A stretch of DNA of 64,000 nt, from contig DIUX01000001.1 in the NCBI GenBank assembly GCA_002423185.1, positions 221,030-285,029 on the forward strand, in the 5' to 3' direction. The DNA comes from Micavibrio sp. UBA6147. GTDB taxonomy: Bacteria > Pseudomonadota > Alphaproteobacteria > Micavibrionales > UBA1664. The notes beneath the pieces are model-generated. The model was given only the letters and a program-made list of their open reading frames with translations. It did not search any database and was not told the DNA's origin. The stretch's first letter is position 1; every line of letters starts with the position of its first letter. Position numbers and translations under genes: made by a program. Positions 54,330 through 62,627 of this stretch are shown piece after piece.

Positions 54330-57247
54330 AGATCTTCCAATCATCAGGTTTCAAAATACCGTTTTTCCTTCGTGTTCAACGTCGTTTTTCTGCTTTGCTT
54401 TGGGGGTTTGTTTTTGTGACTGTCCTGCTCGCGAGCCTGCCTCATGCGGCGTGGGCAAGCTGTCCTGTGTCCGTCGCGGGTCAATATATCATGACCTATA
54501 ACAACGGCACGAAATTCATGGCGGCGTGTAAATTCGGGGATTCCTTGCGCAATTTATGCGGCAATGTCGGCGTGTCCTGCACGGTGGGGCAAGAGGGCGA
54601 TGTTGAATACAACACGGCTGGTAACGTCCTTCGCTATTGTAACGGGAGCAACTGGGTCAATGTTCAGTGCGAGGCTCTGACGTCCTGTGTCGGCACGCCG
54701 GCGGGAACGATCTCCGCTGACGCCACGCAAATGAAATACTGCAACGGCACGACATGGCAAGCCATGTACAGTGACGGCATTTGCACGGGGATCGGGGTTC
54801 AAGAAGCCTTGTTCACCCCCACCGCGGGCACTCACGGTCAAAACGCAATGCAATATGCGATGGAACAACAAGTCGCCATCACCGACACCTATGCGATTGT
54901 CGGTGCGTCACAGGCCACGCGTAACGTGCTTATCGACGGGGCGGCGACCATCTATAAACGATCCGGCACAACATGGTCACGGATCAAGGAACTGGAGCCG
55001 AGCGTCACGGGAGTCTCCCATTATTTCGGTCAAGCTGTGGCGATTGACGGCGATTACGCCATGGTCGGTGCCTATAACAACAACCGAGTTTTTATATTCA
55101 AAAAAGACCAAGGCGGTGCCGATAATTGGGGACAAATCGCCACCCGTACCGGCGCGACCTATCACGGCGTGTCTGTCGACATCAACGGTGACAAGGCCAT
55201 CGGCGGCAGTCACGGTTACAGCGGCGCGGCGGTACGGCAAGGGCAGGCGAGAATATACCGCAAGGATCGAAGCGGAGCCGATGCGTGGGGCGAGGTCGTC
55301 ATCCTCAACCATCCCGAACCCGACCCCGTGAACTACGACTATTTCGGTCGTACCGTGGCTATTGCGGGGGATATTGCGGTGGTTGCGGGCGGATACCGGA
55401 CGGAAGCGGGAATTAGCAATGCAGGCGTTGTCTGGGTTTACCGCGAAACATCGGCGGATAATTGGTCTTTGCTGAAAAAAATCACCAACCCCAACGGCTT
55501 GGGTGCGAATGATTATTTCGGTTACAGCGTCGATGTACAGGATAACGACTCCAACGGCACAGGCGACCGGATTGCTGTCGGCGCTTTTGGAGATGATAAT
55601 TTCGGTGGCGATAAAGGCACGATATTTATTTTCGAGCGTGACCAAGGCGGTGCGAATAACTGGGGGCTGGTGACACAGACTGCCGACACAACGATTTCCG
55701 TATCATCCTTTCATCAAGGCCGCGAAATCGCGCTGGCGAACGACCGTTTGATATCAGGTACGCGTTTGAACGACGATCAAGGCACGGATGCCGGAGCGGC
55801 AATCATTTTCGGCAAAGATAATGGCGGCGCCAATAATTGGGGCGTCGAACAATATGTATACGCCTCCGACGGATCGGATCGCGATGAACTTGGTCGCTCT
55901 GTCGGCCTGTCGAAAACGGGAACCTATGCCATTGCCGGCGCACCCTATGCGGTGAACAGTGCCACCAATGTCGGTGCGGCCTATATCTATGCTCGCTCCG
56001 GCACAACATGGACTCAGCAATCCAAACAAACCCCGCATTCCTCCGTTGAATATTCGGTGCGGATGGGGGATTCCGTCGTGGTGTCGGGGGACTATGCGGC
56101 GGTCGGCATGGCCTTGAAGACAGATTTTTGGAACAGCAACCGAATCTATCGCACCGGCGGCGTGAACATATACCAGCGCCAACCCAATTCCACTTGGATC
56201 TTGGAAAAACACGTCGTGCCGACAGCGCCGGTCAACGACATGCAATTCGGTCAGACGCTTGCTATCTCGCCCGAAATATTGGTTGTGGCAACACCAGGGG
56301 ATAACAGCAGCGCGGGCAATTCCGGGGCAGCGCTTTTGCATGGGCGTAATGAAGGCGGCGCGGGGAATTGGGGGCTGATTAAAAAAGTCAAACACGGCGA
56401 CCCGCAAGGTAACGACTATGCCGGAAATGAAAACGGCTTGGCTTTATTCGGTGATTATCTGGTGCTTGGTGTGTCGCGCAAAAATTTGAATCTGGTTGTT
56501 CCGCAAGGCTCTGCGGGCGCGGCCTATATCTTCAAACGCAATCAAGGCGGCGCCGATAATTGGGGACAAATCAAAAAACTTGTCGCTCCGGTCGAAGAAA
56601 ACGGCGCCTATTTCGGTAACGCCGTGAGTATGGGCGGCACAACCCTCGCGGTCGGGGCGCGGATCGAGGATTCCAACGGCACGAACTCAGGTTCAGTTTA
56701 TCTCTATTCCCGCGACCAAGGCGGCGTGGATAATTGGGGGCAAATCAAAAAACTTACGGGTGAGAACGTCGGTGACCAATTCGGCTATGACGTTGCCGTG
56801 TCGGGCAGTACGATGGCGATCGGCGCACCCTATGACGATGATGCCGGCACCGACACAGGCACGGTTTACATTCACTACGAAAACCAAGGCGGCGCGGGCA
56901 ATTGGGGACAATTTAAGAAGATCGTCTATAACGGCGGCGGCGTGGGCAACGCCTTGTTCGGCTTTAACATTGACTTGTCGGGCGATATTTTGATTGTCGG
57001 TGCGCCCTATGATGACCGCAACGTCGAAAACGGCGGCTATGTCTACGTCTATTCCCGCAACGAAGGCGGCGATGATAACTGGGGCTTGCTCGCCACCATC
57101 GACCCCGATGTACCGGGGCTAGGCGACTTGTTCGGGTGGAGCGTGGCGGTGTCGGGCAACGTGGTTGCGGGGGCTGGGCTTTACAATGACGACTACGGCA
57201 AGGATGACGGATCGGTGTATTTGTTCGGCTGTCCACCAACGCCGTAA
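54326..57247 (+). CDS. Secreted Cys-rich-module + FG-GAP beta-propeller repeat protein, paralogue 5
   Basis: Signal peptide ending AWA|SCP. The N-module is almost identical to that of paralogue 6. It ends GSVYLFGCPPTP. Confidence 0.9.
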   Translation: MKIFQSSGFKIPFFLRVQRRFSALLWGFVFVTVLLASLPHAAWASCPVSVAGQYIMTYNNGTKFMAACKFGDSLRNLCGNVGVSCTVGQEGDVEYNTAGNVLRYCNGSNWVNVQCEALTSCVGTPAGTISADATQMKYCNGTTWQAMYSDGICTGIGVQEALFTPTAGTHGQNAMQYAMEQQVAITDTYAIVGASQATRNVLIDGAATIYKRSGTTWSRIKELEPSVTGVSHYFGQAVAIDGDYAMVGAYNNNRVFIFKKDQGGADNWGQIATRTGATYHGVSVDINGDKAIGGSHGYSGAAVRQGQARIYRKDRSGADAWGEVVILNHPEPDPVNYDYFGRTVAIAGDIAVVAGGYRTEAGISNAGVVWVYRETSADNWSLLKKITNPNGLGANDYFGYSVDVQDNDSNGTGDRIAVGAFGDDNFGGDKGTIFIFERDQGGANNWGLVTQTADTTISVSSFHQGREIALANDRLISGTRLNDDQGTDAGAAIIFGKDNGGANNWGVEQYVYASDGSDRDELGRSVGLSKTGTYAIAGAPYAVNSATNVGAAYIYARSGTTWTQQSKQTPHSSVEYSVRMGDSVVVSGDYAAVGMALKTDFWNSNRIYRTGGVNIYQRQPNSTWILEKHVVPTAPVNDMQFGQTLAISPEILVVATPGDNSSAGNSGAALLHGRNEGGAGNWGLIKKVKHGDPQGNDYAGNENGLALFGDYLVLGVSRKNLNLVVPQGSAGAAYIFKRNQGGADNWGQIKKLVAPVEENGAYFGNAVSMGGTTLAVGARIEDSNGTNSGSVYLYSRDQGGVDNWGQIKKLTGENVGDQFGYDVAVSGSTMAIGAPYDDDAGTDTGTVYIHYENQGGAGNWGQFKKIVYNGGGVGNALFGFNIDLSGDILIVGAPYDDRNVENGGYVYVYSRNEGGDDNWGLLATIDPDVPGLGDLFGWSVAVSGNVVAGAGLYNDDYGKDDGSVYLFGCPPTP

Positions 57248-57311
57248 AGAACAAAGCCATAAAAATACGTTTTAGGGTTGATCGAGCCATTTTTTCTATT
57301 AAAATGGTATA

Positions 57312-60209
57312 ATGACATTATTACCCGATCACATTTTTATGACAGGTATCATTAAAAAGTTATCTGTCTTGTCGCTGGCAATACTGTGTTTCCTGTCTTT
57401 TTCTTATTCTAAGTCTTGGGCAAGTTGCCCCGTGTCCGTTGCTGGTCAATATATCATGACCTATAATAACGGCACGAAATTCATGGCGGCTTGCAAATTC
57501 GGGGATTCCTTGCGTAATTTATGCGGCAATGTCGGCGTGTCCTGCACCGCGGGGCAAGAAGGCGATGTTGAATACAACACTGCGGGCAACGTCCTTCGTT
57601 ATTGTAACGGGAGCAACTGGGTCAATGTTCAGTGCGAGGCTCTGACGTCCTGTGTCGGCACACCGGCGGGGACGATCTCCGCTGACGCCACGCAAATGAA
57701 ATACTGCAACGGCACGACATGGCAAGCCATGTACAGTGACGGCATTTGCACCGGAATCGGGGTGCAAGAAGCCCTGTTCACCCCCACCGCGGCCACCCAT
57801 GGTCAAAACGCGATGTATTACGGCTTTGAACAACAATCCGCCATCACCGACACTTATGCGATTGTTGGTGCGCCACGCGCTACGCGTAACCGTCTTTTTG
57901 ATGGGGCGGCGACCATCTATAAGCGCTCCGGCGCGTCGTGGACGCGGCTAAAGGAAGTGGAACCGAGCGTTACCGGCACATCCCATTATTTCGGCCAATC
58001 CGTGGCGATTGACGGCGATTACACCATCGTCGGCGCCTATAACGCCAACCGGATTGCCATTTTCAAAAAAGACCAAGGCGGCGCGGATAATTGGGGGCAG
58101 GTCGCAACCAGAACAGGCTCAGACAATCACGGTATTTCCGTCGATATTTCCGGCGACAAGGCTATCGCGGGTTCCAACGCACACAACGCCGCCGTTATTA
58201 ACCAAGGCAACGCCAGAATATACCGCAGGGATAGCGGCGGTGCGGATAGCTGGGGGCAAGTCGTGATCTTGAACCACCCTGACGCCACCCCTGTCACGAG
58301 CGACCAGTTTGGTCGTGCCGTGGCGATTGCGGGGGACATCGCGGTGGTTGCGGGTGGATACCGTACGGAGGCGGGCGTATCCAACGCAGGGGCGGTCTGG
58401 TTGTTTCACGAAACATCGGCGGATAATTGGGTTTTTCTGAAAAAACTGACCAATCCCAACGGGCTTGGTGCGAGTGATTATTTCGGATTCAGTGTCGATA
58501 TTCAGGATAATGACGGCAACGGAACGGCGGACAGACTGGCTGTCGGCGCATTGGGGGATGACGAATATGGCTCTAACCGTGGCGGCGTTTTTATTTTTGA
58601 ACGCAACCAAGGCGGCGCGGATAATTGGGGGTTTGTGACGCAGGCCGTTGATACGAGCATCGCTTCCGCAACCGATCAAGGGCGTGAAGTCACCCTTGCC
58701 GCAGATCGAGTGATTACGGGGTCGCGGATCAGCGACGAAGAGGCGTATGACGCGGGCGCGGCTTTTGTGTTCCAAAAAGATGCCGGCGGTGCAAATAATT
58801 GGGGATTGGAACAATATCTCCATGCCTCGGATGCGTCTGAACGCAACGAATTTGGCCGTTCGGTCGGCATATCCAAAACGGGAACATACGCCATAGCGGG
58901 CGCACCCTATACGGAGAACAGCGCTACCAATGTCGGCGCGGCCTATATCTTCAGCCGCTCCGGCACGACATGGACAGAGCGTTCAAAGCAAATCCCGCAT
59001 TCCTCCGTCGAATATTCGGTGCGGATGGGGGATTCCGTCGTGGTGTCGGGCGATTATGCGGCAGTCGGTATGGCATGGAAAACGGATTTCTTTAATTCGA
59101 ACAGGATTTCGCGCACCGGCGGTGTGAACATATACCAACGCCAACCTAATTCCACATGGGTCTTGGAAAAACACGTCGTGCCGACATCGCCGGTCAACGA
59201 CATGCAATTCGGTCAGACCCTCGCCATCTCACCTGAAATATTGGTTGTGGCAACACCGGGGGACAATACCGGTGCCGGCAACTCAGGCGCGGCCTTGTTG
59301 CATGGGCGTAACCAAGGCGGGGCGGGCAATTGGGGATTGATTAAAAAAGTCAAACACGGCGACCCGCAATCCAGTGACTATGCCACTAATGAAAACGGCT
59401 TGGCTTTATTCGGCGATTATCTGGTGATTGGCGCATCGCGTAAGAATTTGAACTTGGTTTCTCCGCAAGGCTCGGCCGGTGCGGCCTATATCTTCAAGCG
59501 CAACCAAGGTGGCGCGGATAATTGGGGTCAGATCAAGAAGCTTGTTGCGCCGGTCGAAGAAAACGGCGCCTATTTCGGGAATTCTGTGAGCATGGGCGGT
59601 ACAACCCTAGCGGTCGGAGCGCGACTCGAGGATTCCAACGGCACGAATTCAGGCTCGGTCTACCTCTATTCCCGCGACCAAGGCGGCGCGGAAAACTGGG
59701 GTCAGATTAAGAAATTCACGGGCGAGAGCGCAAGCGACCATTTCGGTTATGATGTCGCAGTATCGGGCAACACCCTCGCCATCGGCGCCCCCTATGATGA
59801 CGATGCCGGCGGCGATGCGGGCGCGGTTTATATTCACTACGAAGACCAAGGCGGCGCGGGCAATTGGGGACAATTCAAGAAGATCGTCTATAACGGTGGC
59901 GGCGTAGGCAACGCCTTGTTCGGCTTTAATATTGACTTGTCGGGCGATATTTTGATTGTCGGTGCGCCCTATGACGACCGTAATGTGACGAATGGCGGCT
60001 ATGTCTATGTCTATTCCCGCAATGAAGGCGGCGACGATAATTGGGGCTTGCTCGCCACCATCGACCCCGATGTGCCGGGCGAGGAAGACTTGTTCGGCTA
60101 CAGCGTTGCGGTGTCCGGCAACGTCGTCGCGGGGGCGGGGCTGTATAATGACGATTACGGCAAGGACGATGGATCGGTCTATCTGTTCGGTTGCCCCCCA
60201 ACCCCTTAG
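57312..60209 (+). CDS. Secreted Cys-rich-module + FG-GAP beta-propeller repeat protein, paralogue 6
   Basis: Signal peptide ending SWA|SCP. It shares long blocks with paralogue 5. It ends GSVYLFGCPPTP, followed by a triplicated stop-containing 12-mer. Confidence 0.9.
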   Translation: MTLLPDHIFMTGIIKKLSVLSLAILCFLSFSYSKSWASCPVSVAGQYIMTYNNGTKFMAACKFGDSLRNLCGNVGVSCTAGQEGDVEYNTAGNVLRYCNGSNWVNVQCEALTSCVGTPAGTISADATQMKYCNGTTWQAMYSDGICTGIGVQEALFTPTAATHGQNAMYYGFEQQSAITDTYAIVGAPRATRNRLFDGAATIYKRSGASWTRLKEVEPSVTGTSHYFGQSVAIDGDYTIVGAYNANRIAIFKKDQGGADNWGQVATRTGSDNHGISVDISGDKAIAGSNAHNAAVINQGNARIYRRDSGGADSWGQVVILNHPDATPVTSDQFGRAVAIAGDIAVVAGGYRTEAGVSNAGAVWLFHETSADNWVFLKKLTNPNGLGASDYFGFSVDIQDNDGNGTADRLAVGALGDDEYGSNRGGVFIFERNQGGADNWGFVTQAVDTSIASATDQGREVTLAADRVITGSRISDEEAYDAGAAFVFQKDAGGANNWGLEQYLHASDASERNEFGRSVGISKTGTYAIAGAPYTENSATNVGAAYIFSRSGTTWTERSKQIPHSSVEYSVRMGDSVVVSGDYAAVGMAWKTDFFNSNRISRTGGVNIYQRQPNSTWVLEKHVVPTSPVNDMQFGQTLAISPEILVVATPGDNTGAGNSGAALLHGRNQGGAGNWGLIKKVKHGDPQSSDYATNENGLALFGDYLVIGASRKNLNLVSPQGSAGAAYIFKRNQGGADNWGQIKKLVAPVEENGAYFGNSVSMGGTTLAVGARLEDSNGTNSGSVYLYSRDQGGAENWGQIKKFTGESASDHFGYDVAVSGNTLAIGAPYDDDAGGDAGAVYIHYEDQGGAGNWGQFKKIVYNGGGVGNALFGFNIDLSGDILIVGAPYDDRNVTNGGYVYVYSRNEGGDDNWGLLATIDPDVPGEEDLFGYSVAVSGNVVAGAGLYNDDYGKDDGSVYLFGCPPTP

Positions 60210-60236
60210 CCGACCCCTTAGCCAACACCTTAGGCG
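60201..60236 (+). repeat. 12-nt tandem repeat x3 spanning the stop codon of paralogue 6, each unit carrying an in-frame TAG
   Basis: ACCCCTTAGCCG / ACCCCTTAGCCA / ACACCTTAGGCG reads in frame as TP* PTP* PTP*. A T-run follows at 60237-60242. Confidence 0.8.
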
Positions 60237-60325
60237 TTTTTTCTTACTGGAATTTAATATTTTCATAATATGTTTATTGTATTCTGATCCGACCGCAACC
60301 CAAAGCGCCGAAACGGATACAGACA

Positions 60326-60637
60326 ATGACGGATTCCATCATACAATCTTTACAAACCTATTACGGGCTTGACTGGATGACCATGATTTTGGGCATGGTG
60401 GGGAGTTTTATGATCTCATCGCAAAATGCGAAGGGATTTTTATTCAGTATTCTTGCCTGTTGTTGCGGGTTTACCGTGGCGTGGATGTCGGGTCAGTTTG
60501 GCTTTGTCGTGCATAATATTGTGATTACGTCTATTGCTGTGCGCGGCTATCTTGTGTGGACAGGGCGGCTGAATGTCGCCCCGCAAAACAACCGCCAAAA
60601 CCACAATAAGGACATTGTTCTTGACGCTGCGGAATGA
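60326..60637 (+). CDS. Small 3-TM membrane protein with PnuC-like sequence features
   Basis: 103 aa. LDWMTMILGMVGSFMISSQNAKGFLFSILACCCGFTVAWMSGQFGFVVHNIVITSIAVRGYLVW resembles, from memory, the first three helices of PnuC nicotinamide-riboside transporters (W...G.yL.arEN.w ... s.YGwy.W pattern). Only half the length of PnuC. Confidence 0.5.
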   Translation: MTDSIIQSLQTYYGLDWMTMILGMVGSFMISSQNAKGFLFSILACCCGFTVAWMSGQFGFVVHNIVITSIAVRGYLVWTGRLNVAPQNNRQNHNKDIVLDAAE

Positions 60638-60674
60638 GATTGGCTAAAACTCCTGTATGGGGAGGCACAAAGCC

Positions 60675-61289
60675 ATGACACAAATATCAAACAAACCGAA
60701 AATCTATCTCGCGGGGCCAATGGTCTTTTACGCCGATCCGCCCGCCATTTTTGACGCGATGAAGGATATCTGCGCCCGTCACGGGCTTGTCGGCTGCGCT
60801 CCGATTGACAACCAAATGGGGCTTGAGGGCGCGGATGCGGGCGAGGATTTAATGATCGCCATCGCCAAGGCCGACTTTGACCTGATGGATCAATGCGATG
60901 CGGGCATATTCTGCCTCGACCCGTTTCGCCGTTGCCCCGAAATGGACCCTGGCACAGCGGTCGAGATCGGCTATATGAAGGCGCAGGGAAAATTAATGAC
61001 GGGCTGGAGCATTGACGGGCGTTTGTACCCTGAAAAGGTTAAATCATTCCTCAAAGACCGCTATGGCGAGGATTTAGAATCCACCGCCGCCAACGCATCC
61101 GGCGCGACATCCGGCTCATTGCGCGACAGCGAGGGCTTGCTCGTTCATTCTGCCGGCATGATCCAAAACCTGATGACCGAAGGCGGCATCGTCCTGAGCG
61201 GCGGCAAAGTGTTCAGTGACCCAGACTGGCAAACCGCTTTTGACCGCGCTGCGGGCTTTATGGCGCAGGCGTTAAAAAAGGCGGCCTGA
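60675..61289 (+). CDS. Nucleoside 2-deoxyribosyltransferase-family protein
   Basis: KIYLAGPMVFYADPPAIFDAMKDICARHGLVGCAPID and DPGTAVEIGYMKAQGK are typical of the family (Rossmann-like YLAGP start, catalytic Glu context). The start is set at the ATG preceded by GGGGAGG. Confidence 0.75.
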   Translation: MTQISNKPKIYLAGPMVFYADPPAIFDAMKDICARHGLVGCAPIDNQMGLEGADAGEDLMIAIAKADFDLMDQCDAGIFCLDPFRRCPEMDPGTAVEIGYMKAQGKLMTGWSIDGRLYPEKVKSFLKDRYGEDLESTAANASGATSGSLRDSEGLLVHSAGMIQNLMTEGGIVLSGGKVFSDPDWQTAFDRAAGFMAQALKKAA

Positions 61290-61383
61290 CCTTACTTACT
61301 CGCGATAAAGGCAAAACAAAACTTTGCACGATCTTTGTATTATGGTAATAATGGCGGTGTAATAGAAAAAAAGACCGTCGCGA

Positions 61384-62622
61384 ATGAATGTAAAGCCGTT
61401 TTACTTCCTGCACGATCCTGACAAGATGCAGCGCGCCATGCCCGCCATGGCGCAGGCCTTGGACAACATCCGCGCAAGCGGCGCGGAAGGCGCATCGCTC
61501 ATCGCCTTTGCCGAAGACGCAAAAATAGGCTTCCAAAGCGCCCATCTTGGCCCCTATACCGCTGGGAATTGCATGTGGGGGCGAAGCTATATTTCAACAG
61601 GCGATCCGTATAAAGGGCGCTATGCCCGTGTTCAGTATAATCAGGACAGCACCCTCTCCATCGAGCATATCTTGGTGCATGAACTCACTCATGCGGCGCA
61701 AAACATCATCCACGACATATTGGAAACGCGGGAACGATCCAACATCTTATCGCGACTGACCCTGATGATCTGCGCTGAGGCGGGGGCGGAGGTTATGGCG
61801 GCGCGGGTTCTTTACGACATGGCGGCACAAGGTCATACAACCCCGCTTGAGAAGGCTCAAAAGCCCGCATTGGGGAATGACGGTCAACACATGTTGTTCC
61901 GCCTCTACGCCCAAACCTATGCGCAGCAAAAGGATCAAGGACAGAGCCCTGACGAAGCCAAGCAAGCGGCGAGCCTTGCCATGTTTAACGCAGCATTCGC
62001 AAACACGCATATGGTGTCTGCCTATGCCGACCAGCTCTGCCGCGCCTATATTCGGACAATATGCAACCTTGGAATCTACGGAAGCCGCACTCATTATGAC
62101 GTGCCGGAGCGTCACGTCAGTCGTTTCGCATCCTTGGCAAGTGATAAGCCGTTGTTCGGGCAGTGGACTTATGACGGCGATCTTGCGTCATCGGGGATAG
62201 TCTTACCGCAAACACTGCACGACCTATTTCCTGCCAATGCGCGAATGCGCCAGTTTTGTGATTACCTAGATTTCGTCCGTACCATATGGGTCGAAGACCG
62301 CGAAGCGGATGAATTATCAACCGAAAAGCGGGCTGAGCTGAAACAAGAGTCCAACCCGTTCATTGATCTTGACCTGTTCAAACTCTATCGCGCGATCAAG
62401 GATAATGACGAAAGCCACCCATATTCCTACCGCCGTGTCTTGAACATTGCCGAGCGAGTCGCCGGAATAGACGAGCAATACGAAATGGCTAAATCCTTCC
62501 AAAAAGTGGCGGAACAAGACACGCTGAAATTAAAGAGGCACGAGGCAACCGCAAACAACACGCCCCCATTCCCTGACATAGGTCATTCAAAATCCAGTAG
62601 AAGGCGGGGGCGGCGCCCTTAA
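61384..62622 (+). CDS. Hypothetical HExxH protein (possible zinc metalloprotease), no recognised family
   Basis: 412 aa with ILVHELTHAAQNIIHD, no signal peptide, and a basic C-terminal tail SKSSRRRGRRP. Confidence 0.55.
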   Translation: MNVKPFYFLHDPDKMQRAMPAMAQALDNIRASGAEGASLIAFAEDAKIGFQSAHLGPYTAGNCMWGRSYISTGDPYKGRYARVQYNQDSTLSIEHILVHELTHAAQNIIHDILETRERSNILSRLTLMICAEAGAEVMAARVLYDMAAQGHTTPLEKAQKPALGNDGQHMLFRLYAQTYAQQKDQGQSPDEAKQAASLAMFNAAFANTHMVSAYADQLCRAYIRTICNLGIYGSRTHYDVPERHVSRFASLASDKPLFGQWTYDGDLASSGIVLPQTLHDLFPANARMRQFCDYLDFVRTIWVEDREADELSTEKRAELKQESNPFIDLDLFKLYRAIKDNDESHPYSYRRVLNIAERVAGIDEQYEMAKSFQKVAEQDTLKLKRHEATANNTPPFPDIGHSKSSRRRGRRP

Positions 62623-62627
62623 CGCCC

